A DNA stretch of 37,545 nt from Methylotenera sp. (GCA_027487055.1 JAIYEJ010000239.1:1-37545); one strand, 5' to 3'. Shown: positions 9,645 through 20,158, counted from the first letter of the stretch. Made by a program: numbers and translations. Notes: generated by a model not told the origin, from the sequence alone.

Positions 9645-12600
9645 TGGAACAACAATCAAAAGATAAACCGCGGTTTAATCTCTCAGAGTGGGCATTAAAC
9701 AATCAGGTATTAGTCCTATATTTAATGATCATGCTCACGATTGCAGGTGCGCTAGCATATAGTAAATTAGGTCAATCAGAAGATCCACCGTTTACCTTTA
9801 AAGTCATGTTGGTGCGAAGTACTTGGCCTGGCGCAAGTGCGGTAGAAGTTGAACAACAACTCACAGATAAACTTGAGAAAAAGCTCCAAGAAGTACCAAA
9901 TTTATACTACACCAGCAGCTATTCACGGCCTGGAGAGTCAATGATTTTTGTTGTGGTAAAAGATGACACATTCTCAGACAAGATTCCAGATACTTGGTAT
10001 CAGGTACGCAAAAAAGTAGGAGACATTCGTCATACTTTACCGCAACAACTAGAAAGCCTCACCTTTAACGATGAATTTAGTGATGTTTACGGCAGCATGT
10101 ACGCACTCACAGGCGATGGCTTTGATAACTTTGCCTTAAAAAAGCATGCGGAAAATATACGTGCCGAATTATTAAAAGCGCCTGATGTCGCTAAAGTGGA
10201 GTTTTTTGGCGAGCGTAAACAAAAGATTTTTTTAGAAATCTCAAATGCTAAGCTATCTACATTAGGCATAAGCACCACAGCACTTATCAATATTTTACAA
10301 ATGCAAAACGCCATTGTGCGAGGAGGCACTTATGATGACGCGCAAGAACGAATTCGGATTGATGTTTCAGGCCGTTACAACACCCTTGAAGACCTGCGTG
10401 AAATTCGTTTGCGCGCAAACAATCAAGACTTTCGCTTAGGTGATGTGGCACTTGTTTATCGCGGCTACGAAGACCCACCGAGAGATACGGTTCGTTATGA
10501 AGGCAATGAAACTTTATTGCTTGGTGTGAGTATGCGAACAGGTGGAGATGTCATTGCATTAGGCCATAATTTAGATGCCAAAATTGCTCAGATTCAACAG
10601 CAGTTACCTGTAGGCTTAAGTTTAAATACAGTTACTTCTCAGCCAAAATTAGTGGCTAGTTCAGTGAATGATTTCGTGAAATCGCTTATTGAGGCATTAG
10701 TGATTGTATTAGGAGTGAGTCTATTATCACTAGGTTTGCGCACAGGTGTCGTGGTGGCAGTGACAATTCCTGTGGTATTAGCTGCTACGTTTTGGGGTAT
10801 GAATATGCTAGATATTGGCTTACATAAAATATCACTTGGGGCGTTGATTTTAGCTTTAGGTCTATTGGTTGATGACGCTATTATCGCTGTAGAAATGATG
10901 TCATCTAAAATGGAGCAAGGTTGGGACAGAGCTAAAGCTGCATCATTTGCTTATACCTCCACCGCCATGCCCATGTTGACTGGCACGCTAGTCACCGTTG
11001 CCGGCTTTTTACCTATTGCCACCGCAGTTTCAAGCACTGGTGAATATACGCGCTCTATTTTTCAAGTGACGACTATATCTTTGTTAATTTCTTGGTTTGC
11101 AGCTGTGATTTTTGTGCCCTATTTGGGCTATCACTTACTGCCAGAATATGCAAATAAGCCCAAGCCATATCGTTTGATGGTCTGGCTAAGGGCTAAATTG
11201 GGTATAAAAGATAGTGATGATACTGATAGCCATCATCACGACATATACAATACCGCGTTTTACAGTACTTTCCGCAAGTTAGTCAAAGCATGCGTGCAAT
11301 ATCGTAAGACGGTAATTGTGCTCACTTTAGCCATGTTTGTATTATCGGTGATTGGCTTTGGAAAAGTACAACAGCAATTCTTTCCTGATTCCACACGTTT
11401 AGATATTGTAGTGGACTTGCGGCTAGCCGAAGGTGCGAGCTACCAGGCTACCAATGCAGAAGTCAAAAAATTAGAAGCATGGCTGCAAAATTGGCGTAAA
11501 ACACACCCAACTACCGAGACGAGTGGCATAGATAATTTTGTTGCATATATTGGCTCAGGAAGTCCGCGGTATTATTTACCTACAGACATTAAGCTACCGC
11601 ACCGTGGTTTTGCACAATTTGTGATTTTGAACAAAGATCTGGCTACCCGCGAGGCGTTACGTAATGATTTAATTGCGCTGTTTGAAACAGATTTTCCAAG
11701 TTTGCGTGCATCAGTCACGCGCCTTGAAAATGGCCCGCCAGTGGGCTTTCCAGTGTTGTTTCGTGTAGATGGAAATGATATTCCAAAAATTCGTGAAATT
11801 GCCCATAAAATTGAAGCAATTATGCTCGCTAACCCACATTTGGCTAATGTGCAATTAGGCTGGGAAGAGCCAAGTAAAGTGATGAAAGTGAGCATTGATC
11901 AGTCTAAAGCACGTTTACTAGGTGTGAACTCAGTGGACATTGCTAATATGCTAAATGGCGCGATGAGTGAATTGTATATAACAGAGTTTAGAGAAGGAAA
12001 CGAGCGCATAGATTTGGTTGCACGCGGTGCTGAAGTTGAACGTACTAAGTTATCACGCCTACCTAATTTAATGATTAATACGCAAAATGGCACAAGCGTG
12101 CCGCTTTCACAAATTGCTACTATTAGTTCAGAGTTTGAAGAAGGCGTTATTTGGCGGCGTAATCGAGTGCCTTCATTGCAAGTGCGTGCAAACCTTCGCG
12201 GCAATATGCAAGCGCCTGTAGTGTCTGGCCAAATTGAAGCGCAACTTACTGAAATAAAAGCCAATTTACCCCTTGGCATTACCATTGAAACAGGCGGCGC
12301 AGTGGAAGAAGCCGCTAAGGGCGCAGCTTCTGTAGCAAAAGGAGCACCGCTATTTTTAGTAGTGGTGCTTACATTGCTAATATTACAATTGCGTAGTTTT
12401 TCGCGGGTATTTTTAGTCCTGTTAACTGCACCTTTGGGCTTAATTGGGGTCACAATTGCACTGTTGGTATTTGATAAGCCGTTTGGTTTTGTTGCCATGT
12501 TGGGTACGATTGCGCTTTCTGGCATGATTATGCGCAATTCGGTGATTTTGGTAGATCAAATAGATCAGGATATTGCCTCTGGTTTAGCGCCCTGGCAAGC

Positions 12601-12814
12601 TATTGTAGAATCAACAATTCGTCGATTTAGACCAATTGTATTAACAGCTGCAGCGGCGATTTTAGCAATGATACCGCTTACCCGAAGTGTTTTTTTTGGC
12701 CCAATGGCAGTGGCAATTATGGGTGGTTTAGCAGTTGCAACGGTGTTAACAGTGTTGTTGTTACCATCACTTTATGCGCTTTGGTACCGTATTAAAATAC
12801 CAAAAGACGCATAG
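9644..12814 (+). CDS. RND efflux permease (AcrB/AcrD/AcrF family)
   Basis: 1056 aa; WPGASA, GLLVDDAII, RFRPIVLT; RND topology. Confidence 0.95.
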   Translation: MEQQSKDKPRFNLSEWALNNQVLVLYLMIMLTIAGALAYSKLGQSEDPPFTFKVMLVRSTWPGASAVEVEQQLTDKLEKKLQEVPNLYYTSSYSRPGESMIFVVVKDDTFSDKIPDTWYQVRKKVGDIRHTLPQQLESLTFNDEFSDVYGSMYALTGDGFDNFALKKHAENIRAELLKAPDVAKVEFFGERKQKIFLEISNAKLSTLGISTTALINILQMQNAIVRGGTYDDAQERIRIDVSGRYNTLEDLREIRLRANNQDFRLGDVALVYRGYEDPPRDTVRYEGNETLLLGVSMRTGGDVIALGHNLDAKIAQIQQQLPVGLSLNTVTSQPKLVASSVNDFVKSLIEALVIVLGVSLLSLGLRTGVVVAVTIPVVLAATFWGMNMLDIGLHKISLGALILALGLLVDDAIIAVEMMSSKMEQGWDRAKAASFAYTSTAMPMLTGTLVTVAGFLPIATAVSSTGEYTRSIFQVTTISLLISWFAAVIFVPYLGYHLLPEYANKPKPYRLMVWLRAKLGIKDSDDTDSHHHDIYNTAFYSTFRKLVKACVQYRKTVIVLTLAMFVLSVIGFGKVQQQFFPDSTRLDIVVDLRLAEGASYQATNAEVKKLEAWLQNWRKTHPTTETSGIDNFVAYIGSGSPRYYLPTDIKLPHRGFAQFVILNKDLATREALRNDLIALFETDFPSLRASVTRLENGPPVGFPVLFRVDGNDIPKIREIAHKIEAIMLANPHLANVQLGWEEPSKVMKVSIDQSKARLLGVNSVDIANMLNGAMSELYITEFREGNERIDLVARGAEVERTKLSRLPNLMINTQNGTSVPLSQIATISSEFEEGVIWRRNRVPSLQVRANLRGNMQAPVVSGQIEAQLTEIKANLPLGITIETGGAVEEAAKGAASVAKGAPLFLVVVLTLLILQLRSFSRVFLVLLTAPLGLIGVTIALLVFDKPFGFVAMLGTIALSGMIMRNSVILVDQIDQDIASGLAPWQAIVESTIRRFRPIVLTAAAAILAMIPLTRSVFFGPMAVAIMGGLAVATVLTVLLLPSLYALWYRIKIPKDA

Positions 12815-12953
12815 TTTCAATTAATTAAGATATAATTTTAGCAAAGTAAATTAATTAAACTTGTTAACTTAATAATTATATAAAGTTTTAATGTTAAGAT
12901 TTTTTAAGAGTTAAATTAAATGAATTTATTCAAGCGTCAGCAAAGGTGTGAAT

Positions 12954-13649
12954 ATGGCAAATACAACAAATAGCATCAATATGCAAAGCGACACCGCACG
13001 CTTTAATATGATTGAACAGCAAATCCGCACGTGGGAAGTGTTAGACCCCAAGGTATTAACGCTTCTAAATGACTTGCCGCGTGAAAAGTTTGTGCCATCA
13101 GAATATGCAGGCCTTGCGTTTGCAGATATTGAGATTCCTATTGGCTTTGGTCAAACCATGCTAAGCCCCAAATTAGAGGGGCGCATTTTACAAGCGCTTA
13201 ATGTAGAGAAAACAAATACCGTTTTGCATATAGGCACTGGCAGTGGCTACTTTACCGCCCTATTAGCAAGATTAGCAAAACAAGTTGTTTCGGTGGAAAT
13301 TGAGGCAGAATTAAGTGCAGTTGCTGCCAAGCATTTGGCTGACAATCACATTTCGAATGTTGTTTTAAAGGTGACAGATGCAAATTCGGGCCGCTTAACG
13401 ACGGTTGCTGGCAAAAAGATTTTATACGATGCTATTGTTTATACCGCGTCATCGCCAGTTGAGCCCGTTGGTATGAGAGAGCAATTAAATGTGGGTGGTG
13501 TCATGTTTATTGTGTTGGGGGTAGCGCCAGTCATGCGTGCTACTTTAATACAGCGTGTTTCAGAAACAGGTTTTAGAGAAGACGTATTGTTTGAAACTTG
13601 TATCCCAGAGCTTATTAATGCTCCGCAGGTTAAGCAGTTTGAGTTTTAA
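12954..13649 (+). CDS. pcm: Protein-L-isoaspartate O-methyltransferase family protein
   Basis: ARFNMIEQQIRTW, LPREKFVP, GQTMLSP, IGTGSGY SAM motif; directly upstream of tolC. Start could be 12948-12981. Confidence 0.88.
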   Translation: MANTTNSINMQSDTARFNMIEQQIRTWEVLDPKVLTLLNDLPREKFVPSEYAGLAFADIEIPIGFGQTMLSPKLEGRILQALNVEKTNTVLHIGTGSGYFTALLARLAKQVVSVEIEAELSAVAAKHLADNHISNVVLKVTDANSGRLTTVAGKKILYDAIVYTASSPVEPVGMREQLNVGGVMFIVLGVAPVMRATLIQRVSETGFREDVLFETCIPELINAPQVKQFEF

Positions 13650-13651
13650 TT

Positions 13652-15055
13652 ATGCTTAAACGCCCTATATTTAAACTAAGTGTTCTGGTGTTTGCGTTGT
13701 TATCTGCGAACGTATTTTCTGCCGATAATTCAGCCTTGCAGGCGATGGAACCATCTTCTCCGCAAGTTGAATATCAGTCACTTATGGATGTATATCGCGA
13801 AGCATTGGCGCACGACCCTACGTTGGCCTCTGCCTTAAGCACAAGTAAAGCGTCTCAAGAAATTATTGAGCAAGGTAAAGCTTTATATCGCCCACGAGTA
13901 AACTTAAACGCTTCAACAACTGCTTCAAGAACAGATTTTGAGATAGTTGGTAGGGCTGCACCTTTCCGTGGCGGTGTTAATACTTTTGAGGGATATAATT
14001 ACGGTGTTGAAGCGCGGCAACCCATTTTTCGTAAGCAAAATTGGGAGCAAATGAATCAAAGTGTAGTGCAAGTTAGTCAAGCTGATAAGCAATACCACTT
14101 AATTCAACAGTCACTAATTTTACGCACCACACAAGCTTATTTTGATGTGCTGATTGCGCAAGATAGAATAGATTTAATTGTTGCGCAAAAGGCGGCTATT
14201 TTAAGCCAGCTTGATCAAGCTAAAGCTACGTTTGAGGTGGGTACATCTACAGTTACCGATGTAAATGAGGCACAAGCACGCTACGATTTGGTATTAGCGC
14301 AAGAAATTGCCGCAATTAACGAATATGAAATTGCAAAACGTGCGGTAGAAGCAATTACAGGTAAGATTCCTGGCAAATTAGCATCTGCAAAATCAGATAT
14401 TCAAGTCGCAGAACTCAGCCAAAAAATGCAAGATTGGCAGCAGGTTGCGATAGAAAATAATTTAAATATTCAAATTCAGCAAGATGCGCTAAAAATTGCA
14501 GAACACGATGTGAGTATTGCGCAGGCTGGGCATTTGCCAACGTTAGATTTAGTTGCGGCTTATACAAAAAACTATTCAAATGGTGGTCAAAACGGATTTG
14601 GTAATGATTCCAAAAACGCGAATATTGGCCTTCAATTAGACGTGCCAATCTATCAAGGTGGCGCGATTTCTTCTAGGGCGCGTCAAGCTGTGCTTAATAA
14701 ACAAAGAGCCTTAGACGATATTGAAGTTGCTCGCCGCAGTACCGATTTGGAAACACAGCGTGCTTATTTAAACTTAAGCACAACAATCGCCCAAGTTAAA
14801 GCACTTGAGCAAGCTCTAGTTTCTAGCCAAAGTCAGCTTGATTCAACTAAGTTAGGTTATGAAGTGGGCGTACGTACCAATGTAGATGTATTAAACGCGC
14901 AACAACAATTTTACTCAGCTAAACGTGATTTATTGCAGGCACGTTATAACTACTTGGTAAATATCATTCGCTTAAAAACCGCTTCTGGCTTGGTTTCTGA
15001 GGCAGATTTACTAGATTTAAATCAGCAATTAATTGTAGGCGCAGCCTCTCAATAA
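13652..15055 (+). CDS. tolC: TolC family outer membrane efflux channel
   Basis: Signal peptide; repeated OEP domains; AGHLPTLDL, GYEVGVRTNVDVLNAQQ. Confidence 0.92.
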   Translation: MLKRPIFKLSVLVFALLSANVFSADNSALQAMEPSSPQVEYQSLMDVYREALAHDPTLASALSTSKASQEIIEQGKALYRPRVNLNASTTASRTDFEIVGRAAPFRGGVNTFEGYNYGVEARQPIFRKQNWEQMNQSVVQVSQADKQYHLIQQSLILRTTQAYFDVLIAQDRIDLIVAQKAAILSQLDQAKATFEVGTSTVTDVNEAQARYDLVLAQEIAAINEYEIAKRAVEAITGKIPGKLASAKSDIQVAELSQKMQDWQQVAIENNLNIQIQQDALKIAEHDVSIAQAGHLPTLDLVAAYTKNYSNGGQNGFGNDSKNANIGLQLDVPIYQGGAISSRARQAVLNKQRALDDIEVARRSTDLETQRAYLNLSTTIAQVKALEQALVSSQSQLDSTKLGYEVGVRTNVDVLNAQQQFYSAKRDLLQARYNYLVNIIRLKTASGLVSEADLLDLNQQLIVGAASQ

Positions 15056-15056
15056 A

Positions 15057-15611
15057 TTGACTGCATTCGTGGCCACATCGCAGCAAAGTCAGCTTGTCAT
15101 TATCGATATGCAAGTGAAGTTGGCTTCAGCAATGCCAGAAGACGCCATGCAAGTAGCCATTAAAAATTGTGGCATTTTGGTTCAAGCGGCAAATCTTTTA
15201 AGTGTGCCCGTGATAGTAACCGAGCAATATCCAAAAGGCTTGGGCGAAACTTTACCAGATATTTCTCAGCATTTTGCAAACACAAACGCCATTTCAAAAA
15301 CCGCGTTTTCCGCCTGCGGTGAGCCTAAATTTAAACAACAATTGCAGCGCGATAAATCTGCAAATATTTTAACGGGTATGGAAGCCCATATTTGTTTGCT
15401 ACAAACTGCATTGGCATTACAAGCGATGGGCAAACAAGTTTTTGTGGTGGAAGATGCAGTGATTTCGCGCTCGGCCGCGAATAAAGCAAATGCCTTAGCA
15501 AGGTTACGCATTGCAGGCTGTGTTATCAGCAATACAGAATCTGTATTGTTTGAGTGGTTAAGTAATGCGAATCATGATGCTTTTAAGGCCATTTCAACAC
15601 TCATTAAATAG
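15057..15611 (+). CDS. Isochorismatase family cysteine hydrolase
   Basis: IDMQ, TEQYPKGLGET, SKTAFS, GMEAHIC (Asp-Lys-Cys triad); TTG start. Confidence 0.88.
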   Translation: MTAFVATSQQSQLVIIDMQVKLASAMPEDAMQVAIKNCGILVQAANLLSVPVIVTEQYPKGLGETLPDISQHFANTNAISKTAFSACGEPKFKQQLQRDKSANILTGMEAHICLLQTALALQAMGKQVFVVEDAVISRSAANKANALARLRIAGCVISNTESVLFEWLSNANHDAFKAISTLIK

Positions 15612-15614
15612 CCA

Positions 15615-16208
15615 ATGCATATGAACTGGAAGCTTGTATTATTTGCCTCAGTTATCGCTTACGGCGCATATCAGCACTTTTCAAATAAACCCGTTGTACA
15701 TGGCGAAGGTGCGGTTGCGAATAATCAACCAATCAATGGCAAAGCCAATCAAGCAGGTTTCAATGTAAAAGGTTATAGCATTACTCCCTTAGAAACGTTT
15801 GCTATTGAAGCGCGTGTGTTATCTGCCGAGCATTATTCTTTTGGGCGAGAGGCAGATTTGTCCCCAGTGGATTTGGCCTTAGGTTGGGGCAAAATGTCAG
15901 ATGAAGCCATTTTAAAAGATATTAAAATTTCGCAATCGAATCGTTTTTATTATTGGCGTGTTGATGCTTTTCCAATTCCACGAAGAGAGATAGAAACACA
16001 AAGTGCAAATATGCATATGATTCCTGCAGATGATTCAATAGCAAGCAAGTTAAAATCTGTTAAAACGGGTCAAGTAGTTAAAATTAAGGGCTTTTTGGTG
16101 CGCGCAGATGCGCCCGATGGGTGGCATTGGAGAAGCTCGCTCACTCGTGAAGATACAGGCAATGGTGCGTGTGAAGTGGTTTTTGTAAAAGAGATTACCG
16201 TCAGTTAA
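15615..16208 (+). CDS. Hypothetical membrane-anchored protein
   Basis: N-terminal hydrophobic anchor; SPVDLALGWG, SANMHMIPA, WRSSLTREDTGNGACE; tightly packed after the hydrolase. Confidence 0.75.
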   Translation: MHMNWKLVLFASVIAYGAYQHFSNKPVVHGEGAVANNQPINGKANQAGFNVKGYSITPLETFAIEARVLSAEHYSFGREADLSPVDLALGWGKMSDEAILKDIKISQSNRFYYWRVDAFPIPRREIETQSANMHMIPADDSIASKLKSVKTGQVVKIKGFLVRADAPDGWHWRSSLTREDTGNGACEVVFVKEITVS

Positions 16209-16215
16209 GTCAAAT

Positions 16216-17487
16216 TTACGCGTTTAAATATGGCTTAATTATGGCCATTATGCGCGCAGTTGCCCCTATGGATTGGTTACTAAATTGTAATGCTGCTGCT
16301 TCCATTGCAAGTCGTTTAGATTCATTTTCGAGTAAATTCACAATGTTTTTACGTAGCTCAGCGCTATTTTTTACGCGTATGGCAGCGCCACAATTGACTG
16401 CATCTTCAGTGGCTTTTGCAAAGTTAAACGTATGCTCGCCAATTAAAATTGGCTTGCCCATGGTTGCGGCTTCAATTAAATTTTGCCCACCATAATTTAA
16501 AAGGCTACCGCCAATAAATGCAAAATCACACGCAGCATAATAAGTAAAAAGCTCACCCATGGTGTCGCCTAAAATAACGAATGGCCTATAACTCTCATAG
16601 ATATTGGTATCCAGAGCATTGTTATAAAGTGATGTTCTAAGTACAAAATCAATGCCGCGTTGCTTAAAAAGTGCGGCGACTTCATCAAAGCGTTGCGGGT
16701 GGCGCGGGACAATCACAGTCAAAATATTCAAATCTTTTACTGCATCTATAATCAGCGCTTCTTCACCATCGCGGGTGCTGGCCGCCAAAAATACTGGTTT
16801 GTTGCCTAATTGTTTTTTAAGTTGCAGGCCTTTATCTAAAGTATCTGCCGGAGGCTTAACATCAAATTTTAAATTGCCTGTCACTTTTAAGTGTTCTGCG
16901 CCGAGTGTTTGAAAGCGTGCGGCATCTTCTTTAGTTTGGGCGGCAATCGCACTTAAACTTTGAATGCCCTTAATCGCCAAGTCGCCAAGTTTACGGTAAC
17001 CATGGGCAGATTTTTCTGAAAGCCTTGCATTTAATAATAGCAAAGGAAGATCTCGCTGTTTGCAGGTAGAAATTAAATTAAACCAAAGTTCTGTTTCCAT
17101 AATTAAGCCAATCTTTGGCGTAAAGTGCTTTAAAAACCCATTAATCGCAAACGGCAAATCGTAAGGCAAATACACGCGCCAAACATCGTTGCCGAATAAT
17201 TTTTCGCTTGTTTCACGGCCTGTGGGAGTACCGTGCGTAATTAAAATTTGGTGGTTTGGATAAGTGCTTTTAAGCGCATTCAAAAGCGGTTCGGCTGCCC
17301 GGGTTTCGCCAACAGATACACAATGTAGCCAAATGATATCTTTATTATTTAGTGCGAGCTTATAAAAACCAAAACGCTCGCCCCAATGTTTTAAATACTC
17401 GGGTTGTTTTATGCCGCGCCAAAGTAATTTTAGTGGCACAAAAGGTAGCGCTAAATACAGCAAAATGGAATAAACAAATTTTGGCAT
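16216..17487 (-). CDS. waaA: 3-deoxy-D-manno-octulosonic acid (Kdo) transferase
   Basis: IWLHCVSVGE, YLPYD, METELW, NARLSEKS, GNLKFD, ASTRDGEE, VPRHPQRF, GGQNLIEAA. Start placed at MPKFVY. Confidence 0.95.
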   Translation of the reverse strand: MPKFVYSILLYLALPFVPLKLLWRGIKQPEYLKHWGERFGFYKLALNNKDIIWLHCVSVGETRAAEPLLNALKSTYPNHQILITHGTPTGRETSEKLFGNDVWRVYLPYDLPFAINGFLKHFTPKIGLIMETELWFNLISTCKQRDLPLLLLNARLSEKSAHGYRKLGDLAIKGIQSLSAIAAQTKEDAARFQTLGAEHLKVTGNLKFDVKPPADTLDKGLQLKKQLGNKPVFLAASTRDGEEALIIDAVKDLNILTVIVPRHPQRFDEVAALFKQRGIDFVLRTSLYNNALDTNIYESYRPFVILGDTMGELFTYYAACDFAFIGGSLLNYGGQNLIEAATMGKPILIGEHTFNFAKATEDAVNCGAAIRVKNSAELRKNIVNLLENESKRLAMEAAALQFSNQSIGATARIMAIIKPYLNA

Positions 17488-17683
17488 GTGGCATTTTCTC
17501 ATAAATTTTAGGTTTGCTTGCAATGCAATTTTTTGCGCAACACACTAAACCGCCAAATGCTAGAAAAATATTTATTTATAGTTTTAAGAGTGAGTGATAA
17601 CTCACATTGGCTGAACGCCAATATTGGCTTGAAACTGGCTAAAAATGCGCAAAAATGGTGCAAAAATTAATTTTAAAAAGTGG

Positions 17684-17777
17684 TTGACGGACACAAAATA
17701 AAGGCATAAATTCTCAATCCATGCACAATATGTTGTGTTAAAAGCATTGTTTTTCATAAAATAACAATATATTTATA
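17684..17777 (+). promoter_or_regulatory. nrdJ promoter with NrdR box(es)
   Basis: TTGACG 17684-17689, then 17 bp, then TAAATT. gcacaatatgttgtgt (17723-17738) matches the NrdR consensus; a weaker box taacaatatatttata lies at 17762-17777. Confidence 0.72.
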
Positions 17778-17857
17778 TAAATCACATAGTTACCAAAGTA
17801 ATGAACAAAACGGCTGTATAAACACAGCCTAAGATAACAAAAGGCGGAGTTTAAGTT

Positions 17858-20023
17858 ATGTTAAAAGCGGTTGAGCCAGCACAAAAATCCCAGCAAGAAG
17901 CAAATGCAGAAATCCCAATTCAGTCGGTATCTTTAGACATATGGGATAAAAAGTATCGTCTAAAAACCAAAACAGGCGAACATGTTGATAAAAACATGGA
18001 TGATTCATACAGTCGCGTGGCACGTGCGCTGGCCGATGTTGAGACCACTGAAGAAAAACGTCAAGAGTGGCACGAGAGATTTTTGTGGGCATTGCGCCAT
18101 GGCGCGATTCCTGCTGGCCGCATTACCTCTAACGCGGGTGCTTTGCAGCACAAACCAGCTACTTCTACCATTAACTGTACGGTTTCTGGAGTGGTAGAAG
18201 ATAGCATGGACAATATTTTAAATAAAGTTCACGAGGCTGGGCTTACTTTGAAAGCAGGTTGCGGCATTGGGTACGAGTTTTCTACATTACGCCCAAAAGG
18301 TGCTTTTGTAGCGGGCGCCGGTGCATATACAAGCGGCCCACTTTCCTTTATGGATATCTACGACAAAATGTGTTTTACAGTGTCATCTGCGGGTGGTCGC
18401 CGTGGCGCACAAATGGCGACATTTGATATTAGTCACCCAGATGTGACAGATTTTATTAAAGCCAAGCGTGAGGCAGGCCGTTTGCGCCAATTTAACTTAA
18501 GTTGCTTAATCACCAAAGAATTCATGGAAGCCGTTAAAGCGGACGCTGAGTGGAAATTAGCATTCCCAGTGACTGAAAAAGAATCGATTGTTGATGGCTT
18601 AAATGTGAATGATGAAAGCCAAGTGGTTTGGCGCGAATGGCCAGTAAAAGGAAAATACCTTACTAAAGCCGATGGCGTAGATGCTGGTAAAGTGGCTTGC
18701 CGCGTTTATAAAACTATTAAAGCGCGTCGCTTGTGGGATGTGATTATGTCTTCCACCTACGATTTTGCTGAGCCTGGTTTTATTTTGATTGACCGTGTCA
18801 ATGAGATGAACAATAACTGGTTCTGCGAGAATATTCGCGCGACTAACCCATGTGGCGAGCAACCATTACCGCCATATGGCGCATGTTTATTGGGTTCTAT
18901 TAATTTGACGATGTTTGTTAAAAAACCGTTTACTGATAGCGCTTATTTCGATTGGGCAGAATACCGTGAAGTGGTGGGTGTGTTTACCCGCATGCTCGAT
19001 AACGTGGTTGAGATTAACGGCCTGCCATTGCAACAACAACGCGATGAAATTGCGCGCAAACGTCGCCACGGCATGGGTTATTTGGGCTTGGGTTCTACGC
19101 TTACCATGATGAAAATGAAATATGGTGAAGAAGAATCATTGAAGTTTACCGAGGAAGTTACCCGCGTAATGGCAGAAGAAGGCTGGAATGTGGGCGTGCA
19201 ACTTGCTGAGGAAAAAGGCTCGGCGCCGATTATGGAAGAGAAATTTGAAGTCACTGCTGATATGTTGGCAAAACGCCCAGAAATGGCGGCAGATGGCATT
19301 AAAGTTGGGCAAAAAATCGCAGGTAAAGTGTTGTTAGGTAAATACAGTCGTTATATGCAACAGTTTCCTGAAGGTTTGCGTAACCAAATTGCGACTAAGG
19401 GCGTGCGCTTTACGCACCATAGCTCAATCGCTCCAACTGGCACTATTTCATTGAGCTTGGCTAACAACGCTAGCAACGGCATTGAGCCTAGCTTTGCGCA
19501 CCATTACAATCGCAATGTGATCCGCGAAGGTAAAAAATCTAAAGAGAAAGTCGATGTGTTTAGCTATGAGTTGCTGGCTTACCGCGAGTTGATTAACCCA
19601 AATGCGATGCCGTTTGGCACGAGTGACGAAGAAAAACTGCCAGATTACTTTTTAGATTCTTCTAGCATTATGGCGAAGGCGCATGTGGATATTCAGGCAG
19701 CGGCACAAAAATGGATTGATAGTAGTATTTCAAAAACCATTAATGTGCCAACTGATTACGATTTTGAGGACTTTAAAAATATTTACTTATACGCTTACGA
19801 CAAAGGCTTAAAAGGTTGCACGACTTTTAGGTTTAACCCAGAGGCTTTCCAAGGCGTATTGGTAACAGAGAAAGATTTAGAAAACACCACCTACAAATTT
19901 ACGCTAGATGATGGCACCGAAATTGAAGTAAAAGGGAACGAAGAGATTGAATACGATGGCGAGATTCACAGCGCTGCTAATTTATATGATGCATTAAAAG
20001 AAGGATATTACGGTAAATTTTAA
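17858..20023 (+). CDS. nrdJa: Adenosylcobalamin-dependent (class II) ribonucleotide reductase, large chain
   Basis: PAGRI, TINCTV, GGRRGAQM, ATNPCGEQ (thiyl Cys), GACLLGSINL, IAPTGTIS, SISKTIN, GLKGCTTFR. Confidence 0.95.
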   Translation: MLKAVEPAQKSQQEANAEIPIQSVSLDIWDKKYRLKTKTGEHVDKNMDDSYSRVARALADVETTEEKRQEWHERFLWALRHGAIPAGRITSNAGALQHKPATSTINCTVSGVVEDSMDNILNKVHEAGLTLKAGCGIGYEFSTLRPKGAFVAGAGAYTSGPLSFMDIYDKMCFTVSSAGGRRGAQMATFDISHPDVTDFIKAKREAGRLRQFNLSCLITKEFMEAVKADAEWKLAFPVTEKESIVDGLNVNDESQVVWREWPVKGKYLTKADGVDAGKVACRVYKTIKARRLWDVIMSSTYDFAEPGFILIDRVNEMNNNWFCENIRATNPCGEQPLPPYGACLLGSINLTMFVKKPFTDSAYFDWAEYREVVGVFTRMLDNVVEINGLPLQQQRDEIARKRRHGMGYLGLGSTLTMMKMKYGEEESLKFTEEVTRVMAEEGWNVGVQLAEEKGSAPIMEEKFEVTADMLAKRPEMAADGIKVGQKIAGKVLLGKYSRYMQQFPEGLRNQIATKGVRFTHHSSIAPTGTISLSLANNASNGIEPSFAHHYNRNVIREGKKSKEKVDVFSYELLAYRELINPNAMPFGTSDEEKLPDYFLDSSSIMAKAHVDIQAAAQKWIDSSISKTINVPTDYDFEDFKNIYLYAYDKGLKGCTTFRFNPEAFQGVLVTEKDLENTTYKFTLDDGTEIEVKGNEEIEYDGEIHSAANLYDALKEGYYGKF

Positions 20024-20035
20024 GGGGATTTTAAG

Positions 20036-20158
20036 ATGAAAGATTTCGCACAAAATCGCGTGGCAGCTTTAAAAGCATGGTTTGCAAAATTTGTGGCTGA
20101 GTCTGAGCCCTTGCAAGATTTACAGTATTTAGGAGAGAAGTTATGGCAGTTAAAATAG
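20036..20158 (+). CDS. Putative 40-aa small protein between nrdJa and nrdJb (absent from the ORF track)
   Basis: ATG at 20036 preceded by AAGGGGA; translates to MKDFAQNRVAALKAWFAKFVAESEPLQDLQYLGEKLWQLK*; overlaps the nrdJb start by 16 nt. Confidence 0.45.
   Translation: MKDFAQNRVAALKAWFAKFVAESEPLQDLQYLGEKLWQLK

Noticed and set aside
17606-17650. GCTGAACGCCAATATTGGC as another repeat copy
   Set aside because: Only a weak arm/core resemblance; both conserved flanks are missing.
17760-17857. Cobalamin riboswitch ahead of nrdJ
   Set aside because: The leader is short and AT-rich with no B12-box; only a small GGCTGT/ACAGCC hairpin is present.
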